DNA of 61,409 bases from Chiloscyllium plagiosum (GCF_004010195.1 NC_057757.1:109800-171208); one strand, 5' to 3'; positions 1-12,569 are shown, counted from the stretch's first letter. Program-made: numbers and translations. Notes: a model not told the origin generated them from the letters alone.

Positions 1-99
1 CAGGAGTGGAGTTATACTCATTCAGCTGGTGCTCCATGTACATTTTCAGGGCCTTGAAGTTTGTTAGGTCTTCGTATACATCTCCCCGCATGAAGTCAC
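1..99 (-). CDS. DNAH2: DNAH2 exon, partial (DFMRGDVYEDLTNFKALKMYMEHQLNEYNSTP), continues beyond the window
   Basis: T-rich tract plus CAG acceptor at 100-102, phase 1. Matches DFLKEPKVYEDLTDL...LNEYNLSP upstream of AAA4. Confidence 0.92.
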
Positions 100-261
100 C
101 TGGTGAAAAGAAAAAAAAGAGAGGCAGACCCTCTAGGTTAAAACAGGCCTCCCTTGTAGATGATCCCTGTCCTGATCCAAAGTTAATCTTTGAATATGCC
201 CATCACAATTCCAAGTAATGCCCTTTAAAGCTGTGCATTTTGTTACCCTTGTGAAGTAAGA

Positions 262-475
262 GGGTTGGTTAGCTTGGATGGTTGGTTTGCAATGCAGAGT
301 GACACCAACAGTGTGGGTTCAATTCCTGCACTGGCTGAGGTTACCATGCAGAAATCTCTTTCTCAACCTCTCCTCTCGCCTGAGGCTGGTGACCTTCAGG
401 TTAAACCACCACAAGTCTCCTCTCTTTAATAAGAGATGCAGCCCTAAGGGCTGGTAAGACTATGGTGACTTGACC
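262..475 (+). mobile_element. tRNA-derived SINE, family unassigned
   Basis: A-box-like GGTTAGCT and B-box GGGTTCAATTCC followed by a non-tRNA body. Confidence 0.55.
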
Positions 476-838
476 TTCCCTTACACAGTAGGTATTATAT
501 TTGTTGCTTAGAGGTCAAACAACATATAACAACAAGTCAGCAGCTAATCTTGCAATAGTAAGAAAGGTCACCATCCTGAGTTTAATAACCTGACCTCTTC
601 CCATGAGGATGTTCATATTAGATTGTTTTTCCTTTGGGATTAGTAACTTTAGAAAGCAGAGACCAAATTCAACATAGATTATAAAAAACACCTGTACATC
701 ATAAAGGATGATGTGACACATCGCTATCTGAGATTTCACATTCTCACTAGGGAGAAAATGACATGATATTCCTGAGACAGAGAAAGCTCTCTTTATTCTT
801 GTACAATTTTGTTTTGAATATTGTATAGCCATTCTTAC

Positions 839-969
839 CAAAGATGGGTGACTGCTTATTTGGGCAGAGGCTGTGGAAGGTCATATCCAAGAAAGTGCCT
901 AGTTTCTCGTTCAGCAAGGTCACAAACAGTTCCATGTCCTTATGTTCCACAAACCGATCAGAAAATACC
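839..969 (-). CDS. DNAH2: DNAH2 exon (VFSDRFVEHKDMELF...FHSLCPNKQSPIF)
   Basis: 131 bp, TGCAG acceptor, GTAAGA donor, phase 2 to 1. ORF 747..986. Confidence 0.94.
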
Positions 970-1039
970 CTGCATCGATGAGACACAAGAAGTTGGCTTT
1001 GAAATCAATTACCTTGGGGATACAGTAACACAGTGATTG

Positions 1040-1390
1040 TGTCACAGAGATCGTAGTCTAAAGATTAATGACCCAGAGATACAAGTTCAAAACTGGGGAA
1101 TTCAAAATGCTATCAATGAAATGCAAGTAGAGTAAAAAGCTAGCATGAATAATGGCAACCCCGAAACCACCAGATTGTCAAACAATCTATCTGGCTCATA
1201 ATCATGTTTATGAACTTTTCTCCTTATTCTGTCTGCTCTATGGTTTCGGATAGCAAGGTAGTTGATACTTTAACTCTCTGAATTTGCCAACAAGAAACTA
1301 AAGCATGTGTACAGCTTGCCACCATCTTCCCAATAGCAATTAGGAAAGGGAAATAAATGCTATTCATTGCAGTGATGCTTCCATTACAAA
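1040..1390 (+). mobile_element. Degenerate SINE, family unassigned; related copies at about 14775-15100 and 61065-61185
   Basis: The three loci share a GTTCAAA/GGATTTAAATCC-like box, then AATAAAA-ATCT...AATTAAGAGTCTA...ATGAAAC-type blocks. Confidence 0.5.
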
Positions 1391-1436
1391 ACTGATTCAG
1401 AATAAAAAAGCTTTCAAAGGGTTGGGGGAGAGCAAG

Positions 1437-3345
1437 TTCAATTCTGGTCTCCCTGCTATAGAAAAAATGTTGTGAAACTCGAAAGGGTTCAGAAAAGATT
1501 TACAAGGATGTTGCCAGGGTTGGAGGGTTTGAGCTACAGGGAGAGGCTGAACAGGCTTGGGCTGTTTTCCCTGGAGCGTCGGAGGCTGAGGGGTGACCTT
1601 ATAGAGGTTTGCAAAATTATGTGGGGCATGGATAGGGTGAATAGTCAAGGTCTTTTCCCAAGAATAGGGGAGTCCAAAACTAGAAGGCACAGATTTAAGG
1701 TGAGAGCGGAAAATCTTAAGAGGATTTGCGGTCTGACAAAAGGCAGAGAGTTGGGATAAAAAGTTCTTTTTCAGAACGGCAGCCAGAGACAAGTGGTGTC
1801 CCGCAGGGTTCAGTGTTGGGGCCCCAGCTGTTCACTTTATATATTAATGATCTAGCTGAAGGGACTGGGAGCATTCTGGGGAAATTTGCTGATGATACGA
1901 AGTTAGGTGAACAGGCAGGTAGTTTTGAGGAATGGAGAGGCTGCAGAAAGATTTAGACAGTTCAGGAGAATGGTCCAAGAAATGGCTGATGAAATGCAAT
2001 GTGAGCAAATGCAAGGTCTTACAATTTTGAAAAAAGAATACAGGCAAGGACTATTTTTTCTAAACAGTGAGAAAATTTATAAAGCCAAAGTACAAAGGGA
2101 TCTGGGAGTGCTTGTACAGGATTCTCTAAAGGTTGACTTGCAGGTTGAGTCCATGGTTAAGAAAGTGAATGTAATGTTGTCATTTATTTCAAGAGGGTTG
2201 GAATGTAAAAGCAGTAAGGTGCTACTAAAACTTTATAAAGCTCTAGTAAGTCCTGTTTAGAATACTGTATCCAGTTTTGGGCCCCCATCACCTCAGGAAG
2301 GACATACTGGCACTGGAACATGTCCAGCAGAGATTCACATGGATGATGCCTGGAATGGTAGGCCTAACATACGATGAACGGTTGAGGATCCTGGGATTGT
2401 ATTCATTAGAGTTTAGAAGGTTGAGGGGAGATCTAATAGAAACTTATAAGGTAATGCATGGCTTAGAAAGGGTGGACGCTGGGAAATTGTTTCCGTCAGG
2501 CAGGGATACTAGGACTCGAGGGAACAGCGTTAGAATTAGAGGGGGTCAATTTAGGACGGAAATGAGGAGACATTTCTTCAGCCAGAGAGTGGTGGGCATG
2601 TGGAATTCATTGCCATGGAGCGCAGTGGAGGCTGGGACGTTAAATATCTTCAAGGCAGAGATTGATAAATTCTTGATCTCGCAAGGAATTAAGGGCTGCG
2701 GGGAGAGTGTGGGTAAATGGCGTTGAAATGCCCATCAGCCATGACTGAATAGCAGAGTGGACTCAATGGGCAGAATGGCCTTACTTCCACTCCTACGTCT
2801 TATGATCTTATGGACCTGTGAACGTTTTCATGCAGAGGGTGGTGTTTGTGTACGGAATGAACTATCAGAGGTGATGGTGGAGGCTGGTACGATTACAACA
2901 TTTACAAAGCATCTGGATGGGTATATGAATAGGAAGGGTTTAGAGGGATATGGCAAACGTGAGGCTTGCAGATGCTGGAAATCACAGTCTAGATTAGAGT
3001 GTGCTGGAAAAGGAAGGAAGGTCAGGCAGCATCCGAGGAGCAGGAAAATGGATGTTTTGGGCAAAAGCCCTTCATCAGGAATGAAGGCAGGAAGCCTCTG
3101 GGGTGGGGAGTAAAATAGGAGGGGGGGGTGGGGCTCGGGAGAAGGTAACCAAGAGTACAATAGGTGGATGGAGGTGGGGATGAAGGTGATAGGTCAGAGA
3201 GGATGGTGGAGTGGATAAGTGGGAAGGAAGAGGGATATGGGCCAAGTGCTGGCAAGTGGAACTAGATTGGGTTGGGATATCTGGTCGGCTTGGATGAGTT
3301 GGACTGAAGGGTCTGTTTCTGTGATGTACAGCTGTATGACTCTAT
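1437..3345 (+). mobile_element. CR1 LINE 3' end, interrupted by a second CR1 (about 1715-2812) and a PLE fragment (about 2960-3228)
   Basis: ORFs KLERVQKRFTRMLPGL...RRLRGDLIEV and [10 protein letters not shown]...KFADDTK. The outer copy resumes at 2822 and 3230. GAGGGATATGG is duplicated around the PLE. Confidence 0.9.
2960..3228 (-). mobile_element. Penelope-like element 3' end (pLTR) with a decayed hammerhead motif
   Basis: Minus strand CTGATGA-AGGGCTTTTGCCC-AAAACATC followed by GGATGCTGCCTGACC...CCAGCATCTGCA. Same family as 47718-48050. Confidence 0.75.
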
Positions 3346-3653
3346 GTGGTATGATATAAAACTCAGCTGCACAACCCATGAATGTACCTAATTCAATCTT
3401 TCCAACTCCTGGAGAGTGAGTAAAAACAACCTGGGCCTCAGCATGCACTGGTAAACTGTGAGACACAATGGTGGGCTGTCCACTGCTGGTCACAATCTAG
3501 AGGACAGAATGTGATGCCCATTTCTTCGTCCAATAAAGAACATGAAGAACGTGCACTCAGGTGAAGATAGGGCATGGGTATCAGCATCAAAGAAAATGAA
3601 TCCCACCGTGGAGTTGGGAGAAAGATTGGAGACAAAGGGAAGAGAGGAGCTAC

Positions 3654-3739
3654 CTGAAACATTCATGGACCCACAGGCGTGAGATACTTGTTTTTGAGTC
3701 GTGGTAATCCTTGTGGATGCGAAGCATCCCTTGGAAGAT
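3654..3739 (-). CDS. DNAH2: DNAH2 exon (IFQGMLRIHKDYHDSKTSISRLWVHECF)
   Basis: 86 bp, TTTTATAG acceptor, GTAGCT donor, phase 0 to 2. RLW-HEC motif. Confidence 0.95.
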
Positions 3740-3929
3740 CTATAAAACAACCAAAACATTGGCAAAATGAGGTGTGAATATTGAATCCATAATTGTGAAG
3801 TGATACTGTTTCTGCGAATGGATTAAAGGAGGTGAAGGTTCACTGTTACTCGGGTTGCAGCAGAGACATAAATATTTGCTGGTTGATAACGCTGGCCAAA
3901 AGGAATTATGTGGAGCCTTTGGCTGTGGT

Positions 3930-4480
3930 CTTAGAGACAGAATACAAAAGCTGGGGTGTTAATCTCTCACAATTTCTAATTCAGTCCCCAGCTGAAGTAT
4001 TCTACTCAATCCAAGGCACCTACAGAGAGTGCCGAGGCCTTGGAGAGATGCACAGGAGATTTACTAGAATAGAACCTGGGAAGAGGGACTTTGTGAGGGA
4101 TGTGAGAGCCTGGAACAAACCTGGCATTGTTCTGCTTGGAGCAGAGGAAGTAAAGGGGAACTTTTGTGGAGGTGTTCAAAATCATGAAGAATTTTGATAG
4201 TTTTACCTTACACTGCTTTCAGTAGTGTAGAGACAGAGTTACAATGATTGACAAACTTACCAGAGAAGTCAGTCCAGAGATTTTTTCATTAAACATAGAG
4301 TGTTGTTGTGATCTGGAATATGCTGCCTCAAAGGTTGAAACAGATTCAGTAATAAATTTCTTCAGAGAATTGGACAGCTGACTTGAGAGGGGAAAGATTG
4401 CAGTATTACGGGCAAATAGGCAGGAAATGGGACTTCTTTTAACAAGGAATAACAATGGCTTCCAATGGGTTCGATGATCA
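3930..4480 (+). mobile_element. Old degenerate CR1 3' fragment
   Basis: MHRRFTRI-like translation and residual CR1 3' motifs. Confidence 0.6.
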
Positions 4481-4729
4481 ATTTCCACAGAGGAGACAAG
4501 AGCGATAAATAAATTCACAAGTAAGGAATAGGAGAAGTAGGAAGCAGTGGAAAGTTAAACCAGCAAGGGGGAACAGGAGAAAGATGAGAGATTAAAAAAT
4601 ATATAATGAGAGATAATGCAAGAGGCAGGTGATAGAAAAGAAAATAAAGACAACAGGAAAGACAGAACAGGAGAGAGAATGAGAGAGTAACACAGAGTGT
4701 CAGACAGGGAGAGTGCAAGATTAACATGG

Positions 4730-5046
4730 GACGGTACAGTGGCTCAGTAGTTAGCACTGCTGCCTCCCAGCGCCAGAGACCCAGGTTCAATTCCAACCTT
4801 GGGTGCCTGTGGAGTTTGCACATTCTCCCCGTGTCTGCATGGGTTTCCTCCGGGTGCTCCGGTTTCCTCCCACAGTCCAAAGATGTGCAGGTCAGGTGCA
4901 CTGGCCATGCTAAATTATCCATAGTGTTAGGTACATAAGTCAGGGGTAAATGAAGGGGAATGGGTCTGGGTGGGTTATTCTTCAGAGGGTCGGTGTAGAC
5001 ATGTTGGGCCAAAGGGCCTGTTTCCATACTGTAACAAATCTAATCA
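4730..5046 (+). mobile_element. HE1-type (V-SINE) tRNA-derived SINE
   Basis: GTGGCTCAGTAGTTAGCACTGCTGCCTC...GGTTCAATTCC head, GTGGAGTTTGCACATTCTCCCCGTGTCTGC core, GGGCCAAAGGGCCTGTTTCC tail, AATCTAATC end. Confidence 0.9.
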
Positions 5047-5157
5047 AACATGGCGAGTGAGAGATTAACAGAGAGAGAGAGAGAGTCAGACAGGGAGAGT
5101 GAGAGATTAACACAGAGAGTCAGACAGGAGAAGTAGAGACTAACAACTAGACAGTAC

Positions 5158-5346
5158 CTTGGAAATATCCCTGAGATTGAAGAGGTAGTGGATCTTGGTT
5201 GGCGTTGGCAGGAATTTCTGAACAATTGCATTGTAAAGTTCAATAGTGGCATCTGTAATCACATTACCAATTGGCTTCATTTGCTCATCGAAATCCTGCA
5301 GTTTCTGGTTTATCAATGTACTGAAAATACGTTTGATCTGGGATGT
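5158..5346 (-). CDS. DNAH2: DNAH2 exon (TSQIKRIFSTLINQKLQDF...FLPTPTKIHYLFNLRDISK)
   Basis: 189 bp, TAG acceptor, GTACTG donor, phase 0/0. LPTPTK-HYLFNLRD lid motif. Confidence 0.96.
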
Positions 5347-6025
5347 CTACAAAGACAGGAAATAGTCTGACATCAATCTATCCAAGGACATGAAGACATA
5401 TTAAAAGCTAACAAGCAAATCAGGTACACTTATGAATATACATGGATTAATATAATCTGTTAAACAGGCAATCATTAGGAATACGACATCAATTATCATA
5501 TTGATCAGGATACCTAAAGTGGCTTTAAAAACATAAGAAATTCTTTCTTGGCAATTGTATTTGTTATTTTTTGAAGAAACTGTCAACATAGTGGATGCTA
5601 TAGGAAGGATGTTATTAAACTGGAAAGAGTACAGGAAAAATTTACAAGGATGTTGCCAGGACTCAACCGATCAGTTAGAATGCCGTTCCGTTAGAATACC
5701 GTTCGATTAGAATCGTGATCTTCTTACAGGATGGGTGACAGGTTTCAAAAAGAGTACAAACAGTAGATGTGAGTTTCGATCACAGACGGCAGCAGCCTAG
5801 CTACGTGGACAGGTTAAATTCCAGCTGGGATACTACAAAGAGAGTAGATATTGGGTGATCTGATTCACCTTTCTTCGGTCTATGAAGCGAAGTGTACATA
5901 TTAAGACAGTCAAATGGGAAGAAGCAGAGGGTTATTACTGTTCCTAGTTGTTTCAATATTTGCATGGTTAGGGCCTTTGTACTGATTGCAATCTTACTGA
6001 CTTTCACCCCAAAACAATCACCTAC

Positions 6026-6130
6026 CACAGGAAAGGTCATGTTGATCAGATTAAAGCGGCTCTGAAGGCGAGGTGATATGACTGTTCTTCCTCCACCAGG
6101 GGGACCCATGGCTCCCATTAGAAACATGTC
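6026..6130 (-). CDS. DNAH2: DNAH2 exon (DMFLMGAMGPPGGGRTVISPRLQSRFNLINMTFPV)
   Basis: 105 bp, TTTTCAG acceptor, GTAGGT donor, phase 0/0. AMGPPGGGR motif. Confidence 0.96.
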
Positions 6131-6309
6131 CTGAAAACAAACACTTGCTGGTTGTAAAATGCGATGTAAAATTCTCAATTACATCTGCCTTTTTTGTACA
6201 GTTTCACTTTCAAACAATTTTCTGAATTACTGTATAAAGTGCATCCCGACAGGATACTGACGATTGCTTATACGCCACTCAGCACACCTCCAGGCTGTTC
6301 TGTTGGAGG

Positions 6310-7040
6310 GTCAGCACTGTCGGAGTGTCGGTGCTGAGGGAGTGGGCACTGTCGGAGGGTCAGCGCTGAGGGAGTGCTGCACTGTCAGAGGGTCAGTGCT
6401 GAGGGAGTGCTGCACTGTCGGAGGGTCAGTGCTGAGGGAGTGGTCACTGTCGGAGGGTCAGTGCTGAGGGAGTGCCGCACTGTCGGAGGGTCAGTGCTGA
6501 GGGAGTGCCGCACTCTCAGAGGGTCAGTGCTGAGGGAGCGCCGCACTGTCGGAGTGTTGGTGCTGAGGGAGTGCCGCACTGTCAGAGGGTCAGTGCTGAG
6601 GGAGCACCGCACTGTCGGAGTGTCGGTGCTGAGGGAGTGCCACACTGTCAAACGGTCAGTGCTGAGGGAGCGCCGCACTTTTGGAGTGTCGGTGCTGAAG
6701 GAGTGCTGCACTGTCGGAGGGTCGGTGCTGAGGGAGCGGGCACTGAGGGACGGTCAGTGCTGAGGGAGTGTTGCACAGTGCTGAGGGAGTGTTGCACAAT
6801 CAGATGGTCAGTGCTGAGAGAGCATCAAACTGTCAGGGGGTCAGTGCTGAGGGAGCGCTGTCTGTTCGGAGGTTCAGTGCTGAGGAAGTGCCACATTGTT
6901 GGAAGATCAGTGCTGAGTGAGTCCCGCACTATCAGATGGTCAGAGTTTAGGGAGGGGCACTGTTGCAGTGTCAGTATTTAGGGAGTGCCGCAATGTTAGC
7001 AGGTCAGTGCTGAGGGAGAGGGCACTGTCAGAGGGTCAGC
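6310..7040 (+). repeat. 33-bp minisatellite (GTCAGTGCTGAGGGAGTGCCGCACTGTCGGAGG)n, about 20 units
   Basis: Direct tandem repeat with 11-aa periodicity (VGGSVLRECRT) in the ORF track. Confidence 0.95.
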
Positions 7041-7125
7041 AGTGGTCTCTTAGAGGGTCAGCAGTGGTCTCTCAGAAATGCCAACTTTCAGAGTGTTCAG
7101 AACTTAAAACCTAAGCTGCGAATAC

Positions 7126-7350
7126 CTTTATGTGTTTCACAGTCTGTTTGGCTCTATCGTACCAAAAGCCATAATCTATCCACAGGCGGAGAAGCTCCAG
7201 TGGTGGCTGGGAACCAAACGTATCTTTGGCTGGCATGTTCAGGTCATCCATGAAGGTGATGAGCTTTTTCCCACCAACTGGAACATATACTCCCTTCGTC
7301 CTCTTCTCCACACGGCTCTCGATAACATCCTGGACATTTTTAGATGTGGT
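7126..7350 (-). CDS. DNAH2: DNAH2 exon, AAA3 Walker B (TTSKNVQDVIESRVEKRTKGVYVP...FMDDLNMPAKDTFGSQPPLELLRLWIDYGFWYDR)
   Basis: 225 bp, AG/GT, phase 0/0. DDLNMP and QPPLELLR dynein AAA3 motifs. Confidence 0.96.
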
Positions 7351-8016
7351 CTGTGAATGAGGAAAGTCAGAAACCAATGGAGTTCTTCATATGGAGCAAA
7401 AGGTTTTGATTCTCAGCATTGAGCTTGTGAGGCACAAGACCAAGTGACTGCAACACCCTCCCCATTTTAATCAGTAATACTCAGCACTCCTGCTGCCCAA
7501 GGGCAGAAAACATCCAAATGCAAACACCAACCTTGCCTCCCACTCCATGATGACAGGAGCACCACAGTCAGAGCCATACTACCCTGCACCTCTCTCTGTT
7601 CCGACACAACCCTGTGTGAGGCATCTCCCAGGATGGCTAGAAACAAAACCCAGAGAGAAAACCCAGCACAGCAATGTAAGAAAAATCCCTGATACATCCC
7701 TCCCACTCCGTAAATGCAGCTCCTTTCTGTCAAAGCTAAAGAATGCATTGCAGCATGAAACTGGAAGCAGCAGTGCGATTCTTTCTTCAGGCTTGCTGCC
7801 ACTAGCCTTGTCACCTTTCCAAAGGAGAAACAGCAACTACCTTAGATGGCAAACTCAGGCTGATTCCCAGCTGAAACTAGACAACTCATAACCACAAATG
7901 AGGAGAGGAGAACTTATCTCCTACTTACAAGATTTCATCCCAGGAGTCAGGTGTGAAAACTCTGAAATGTAAAGTTCTTAAAATGACAAGCCTTACTAGA
8001 ATTGTACAATCATTGG

Positions 8017-9430
8017 CACAAGTTTCACGACACCAGGTTATAGTCCAGCAGGTTTATTGAAAATCACAAGCTTTCCCAGCGCTGTACCTTGGTCAGATGA
8101 AGTGGAGGGAAGTGCACAGGAACAGAATTTATAGGCAGAGAGATCATTACAAGGTAATTCCAGGTAAGTACAAGTGTCAATAGATCATACGGATGGTGTG
8201 AGTGGAGTGTCGATAGACTGAAGAATAGGTGTTTGCAGGGGATCAGGAGTGTCAGGCTGTGTGAGTAAAGAGTCAACAGCTGAATTGCAAGTGAAGGGAT
8301 GACTTGTGATTCGATTAATTGAGGCAGGGAGATAATTACAAATATTCAAAAATAAGATGATGCTAGAGACAAAGTCAAAGTAAAGTTGACACTTTACTCA
8401 CACCAGCTGACACTCTTGATTCAGTCCGTTGACACTCCACTCACACCAGTTATAGTATCGTTTGATACTCATACTTACCTGGAATTATCTTGCAATGATC
8501 TCTCCGCCTATAAATTCTGTTCATATAAAGGTGTTATGAAGTTGAAGGTGTGTACTGTACCTTTAAGAGAGAGCGAATGCTGTCTTGCACTGAGAGCTTA
8601 CAAGCATCTGTCATAGACTAGCTAGCAGTCTCGGAGTGTACTGGAAAATTGAAAATAGGTAACATTTGGCTGTGAAATAGATACCTGAATTTAGGTTGCT
8701 ATTTTGACAACAATTCAAATTTAACCAATAGGTTTAAATTAGGCCCCAGGATACTAAATCCCAATCAAATTTGAATATATTGTTTTTGCCAACCTTGAAC
8801 CAATCAGACGATTCAATGTTAGAGGGATAAAGAAGCAGGCATTTTGAAAGTCAGACAGAGAGAGTAAATTGCCATTGAGACAGACTGCCCTTCAAAACCC
8901 TCTCGATCAAAAGTCCCTTTTTCATATGAAACATTGCTGCAGTAAACAACAGAAGACGGCCCAGGGAGATCTTCAGCTGAAGGGAGGAGGAGGACACCGG
9001 ACTGGATAGCTGCTGTGTGGTTTTGAAATGAAGTTGATGTAGTTTTAATATAGGTTTTTATAGGAACAGCATGTTGTTATAGAGTTGGCAGATGTTAAAC
9101 AGTAAAGAAAAAGGAAGCTTACAGTTGTAAATAGTTGTTGTTTAATGTTCACTTTGAGAGTTAAGGAATAAATTGATATTATTTTCTTGAAACAGTGTAA
9201 GTTGGGAGTTCTCTGTCACTCATACTTGCACAGATTACGAGGTGAGATGAGCTTTTCTGGGTGTTTGGTTTTATTAAAAAAGGTGCATCATGTCGTAACA
9301 CTGTGCACATCCCTCCACTTCACCTGATGAAGGAGCAGTGCTCTGACAGCTTGTGATTTTGAATAAACCTTTTGGACTGTAACCTGGTGTCGTGTGACTT
9401 CTGACTTTGTCACCGCAGTGCAACACCTGC
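8017..9430. mobile_element. Penelope-like remnant with inverted arms (minus arm about 8017-8280; plus arm 8385-8520 and 9301-9430), split by a solo LTR
   Basis: The arms are reverse complements (GGTTATAGTCCA versus TGGACTGTAACC; AGAATTTATAGGC versus GCCTATAAATTCT). Hammerhead-like CACCTGATGAAGGAGCAGTGCTCTGACAGCTTGTG at 9321. Confidence 0.75.
8532..9300 (+). mobile_element. Solo LTR related to the Gypsy LTRs at 30878 and 43183
   Basis: Begins TGTTATGAAGTTGAAGG and ends TCGTAACA (TG...CA with terminal inverted repeat). Shared internal blocks and AATAAA. No clean target duplication seen. Confidence 0.85.
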
Positions 9431-9696
9431 ACCTCCACATCAAGGCGGACAATCATTCAACAGTACATCACAGAAAGAGGTCACTTGGATCATTAAATCT
9501 GAGTTGATGGCCATCAAACACCAATCTGGGTAATCCCACTGTGTAAGAATCGAAGCAAACTGGGAAATCAATGTAAAAACTGAAGGAGCTGCGAATGCTG
9601 GAAATCAGAAACAAAACCAGAAATTGCTGGAGAAGCTCAGCAGGTTGGACAGATCTTTTCCAGCAATTTCTGTTTTAGTTGGGAAATCAATGTCAT

Positions 9697-10277
9697 AGAG
9701 TCATAGAGATTTACAGCACGGAAACAGACCCTTCGGTCCAATTCGTCCATGCTGACCAGATATCCTAAATTAATCTCGGATGGCACGGTGGCTCAATGGT
9801 TAGTACTGCTGCCTCACAGCGCCAGGGACCCCAGGTTGATTCCAGCCTCGGAGGACTGTCTGTGTGCAGTTTGCAAATTCTCCCCGAATCTGTGTGGGTT
9901 TCTTCCGGGTGCTCCGGTTTTTTTTCCCACAGTCCAAAGATGTGCAGGTCAAGTGAACTGGCCACAGTGTTAGGTGCATTCGGGGAATGGGTCTGGGTGG
10001 GTTACTCTTCGGAGGGTTGGTGTGGACTTGTTGGGCCGAAGGGCCTGTTTCCATAGTGTAGGGAAACTAATCTAATTGAGTCCCACTTGCCAGCATTTGG
10101 CCCATATTCCTCTTAACCCTTTCCCATTCTTGTACCCATCCAAATGCCTTTTAAATGTTGTAATTGTACCAGCCTCCACCACTTCCTCTGGCAGCTCATT
10201 CCATACACGTACCACCCACTGGGTGAAAAAGTTGTCCCTTAGGTCTCTTTTATATCTTTCCCCTCTCACCCTAAACC
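9697..10277 (-). mobile_element. CR1 3' end containing an HE1 SINE (+, 9779-10076)
   Basis: ORF 10072..10269 (RGERYKRDLRDNFFTQ). HE1 head GGCACGGTGGCTCAATGG. Confidence 0.88.
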
Positions 10278-10281
10278 GATT

Positions 10282-11345
10282 AGATACACTATTGGCTTGA
10301 TGGTAGGAAGCAGAGGGTAATAGTGGAAGGATGCTTGTCCCACTGGAGGCCTGTAACTAGTGGAGTGCCTCAGGGATCGGTGCTGAGTCCATTGCTGTTT
10401 GTTATCAATGATTTGGATGAGAATGTATAAAGCATGATTGGTAAGTTTGCAGATGACACGAAAATAGGCAGGATCGTGGACAGTGAGGAAGGTTATCAGA
10501 GATTGCAGCAGGACATTGATCAGCTCGGGAAGTAGCCGAAAAATAGCAAATGGAGTTTAATATAGATAAGTGTGAGGTTTTGCACTTTCGAAAGTCAAAT
10601 CAAGTCAGGGGTTTCATGGTGAATGGTAGGGCCTTAAGGTGTGTCGTGGAACAGAGAGACCTTGGGTTCAGGTACATGGTTCTCTGAGAGTGGAGCCCCA
10701 GGTAGACAGGGCAGTGAAGAAGGCTTTTGGCCTTCATCAGTCAGGGCACTGTGTATAGAAGTTGGGAAGTTATGTTGCAGTTGTCCAGGACATTATTGAG
10801 GCCCCATTGGAGTATTGTGTTCAGTTTTGGTCACCTTGCTACTGGAAGAATGTAATTAAACTGGAGAGAGTACAGGAGAAATTTACAAGGATGTTGCCAG
10901 GACTCAACGGTCTGAGTTATAGGGAGAGGTTGGACAAGCTAGGACTTTTTTCTGAAGAGAATAGGAGACTGAGGGGAGATCTTCTAGAAGTGTATAAGAT
11001 CATGAGAGGCATGGATATGTTAAAAGCACTCAGTCTCTTTCCCAGGATTGAGGAATCGAGGACTAGAGGGCATCAGTTTAAGGTTAGAGGGGAAAGAATA
11101 AAAGGGAACCTGAGGGGCAACCTTTTTTTTACCCAGAGGGTGGTACGCATATGGAATGAGCTGCCAGTGGATGTGGCTGAGGTCGGTACACTAACAACAT
11201 TTAAAAGGCATTTGGACAAATACGTGGATAGGAAAGGATTAGAAGGTTACGGGCCAAGTGCAGGGAAATGGGATTAGCGTTCATGAACATTTTGGTCAGC
11301 ATGGACCAGTTTGGACCAAGGGGTCTGTCTCTGTGCTGGATGACC
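10282..11345 (+). mobile_element. CR1 ORF2 RT C-terminus and 3' end
   Basis: [22 protein letters not shown] and RLRGDL motifs. ORF 10762..11277. Confidence 0.92.
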
Positions 11346-11359
11346 TTTGGACTTGAACT

Positions 11360-11665
11360 TTGCCACCCCAGGGAACAGACCTTGTCTATTTACCCTATTC
11401 ATGCCCCTCGTGAGTTTATAAACCTCTGTAAGGTCACCCCTCAGCCTCTGATGCTCCAGGGAAGACCGTCCCAGCCTATTCAGCCTCTCTCTACAGTTCA
11501 AACCCTCCAACCCTGGCACCATCCTGGTAAATCTTTTCTGTACCCTTTCGAGTTTCACAACATCCTTCCTCTAGCAGGGCCACCAGAATTGCACGCAATA
11601 TTCCAGAAGTGGCCTAACCAATGTCCTGTCCAGCTGCAACATGACATCCCAACTCCTGTACCCAA
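11360..11665 (-). mobile_element. CR1 fragment
   Basis: ORF 11274..11558 KLERVQKRFTRMVPGL. Confidence 0.85.
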
Positions 11666-11823
11666 CTCACTGCGCCTTCCCAGCCCAAAGGGCATGCATC
11701 CCCTTGTTCATCCACAGTTTATCTGTCAGCAGGAAAGACTGTGGAAACCACACTGCAGGCTACCACGGTCTCCACAAGCTTATAAAGGAAGCATTAATCC
11801 TATTAGTATTTAGGCTGTCCTAC

Positions 11824-12022
11824 CTGAGCAGACATGTTCACAGTCAGTATCGACCATTTCATGGGGTCAAGGGTCTGGAGTGCATTCTGACCAACAGAGG
11901 TCTTCCCTGTCCCGACTGGGCCCACAAGCAGCACTGGACACTGGTTGGCTACCAGGCTGCTCACCAGAAAGTTGTATCGCACTGTATCCACTGTGGGCAC
12001 GATGATTTTATAAAAGGGCATG
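11824..12022 (-). CDS. DNAH2: DNAH2 exon, AAA3 P-loop (MPFYKIIVPTVDTVRYNFL...LLVGPVGTGKTS...VNMSAQ)
   Basis: 199 bp, AG/GT, phase 2 to 0. Walker A GPVGTGKT intact. ORF 11803..12021. Confidence 0.96.
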
Positions 12023-12129
12023 CTGCAAGATGCAAAACATCACACAGAAACACTGATAAACATCCTCACGCTCCATTCAAATTTACTGGGGCATGATTCA
12101 TTGTATATTTCTACAAAACCCAGAGAGAC

Positions 12130-12480
12130 AGCCTCACTCTGGAGACTGGAGCTTCACATCCAGGCTGACCCTCTCAGCACTGAGTGTGTGCAGCACTGTT
12201 GAAGGGGATCACCCATTAAACCAAAGCCCTTTCTGATCCTCACTGACACCCATTCCAAAGAAGAACAGGGGTGTCCTGGAGCGAATATTCAACTTTCATT
12301 TGATATGATGAAACTGCGTCACCTGGACATTCTTATGGCACTGTCATGAGGATCTTACAATATGCACTTCTCAACCAGGCCAAAGAAGATCATTGTCATT
12401 GTCGGTGGGATCTTGCTGTGTGCAAAATAGCTGGGGCAATGATTTCAATGGCTAGAGTGTAATTGCACCTCACAGTGATT
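12130..12480 (+). mobile_element. DeuSINE (SacSINE1-like), degenerate, no minisatellite expansion
   Basis: CAGGCTGAC...CAGCACTGAGTGTGTGCAGCACTGTTGAAGG...ATTAAACC...AAAGAAGAACAGGGGTGTCCTGG...GTGGGATCTTGCTGTGTGCAAAATAGCTG matches the recalled Deu-domain consensus. Confidence 0.65.
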
Positions 12481-12569
12481 AACTAGAGACCAAACCATTC
12501 ACAAGATACAAATGCAAACCCCTCGATCCTTGACATACTTATCGAAAAGCCACTGAAAGCGTTGCTTAC

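Noticed and set aside
4730..4800. Possible tRNA genes at SINE heads (also 9779, 23379, 45661, 51707, 58631)
   Set aside because: The A and B boxes run directly into the HE1 body and tail. They are SINE promoters, not tRNA genes.
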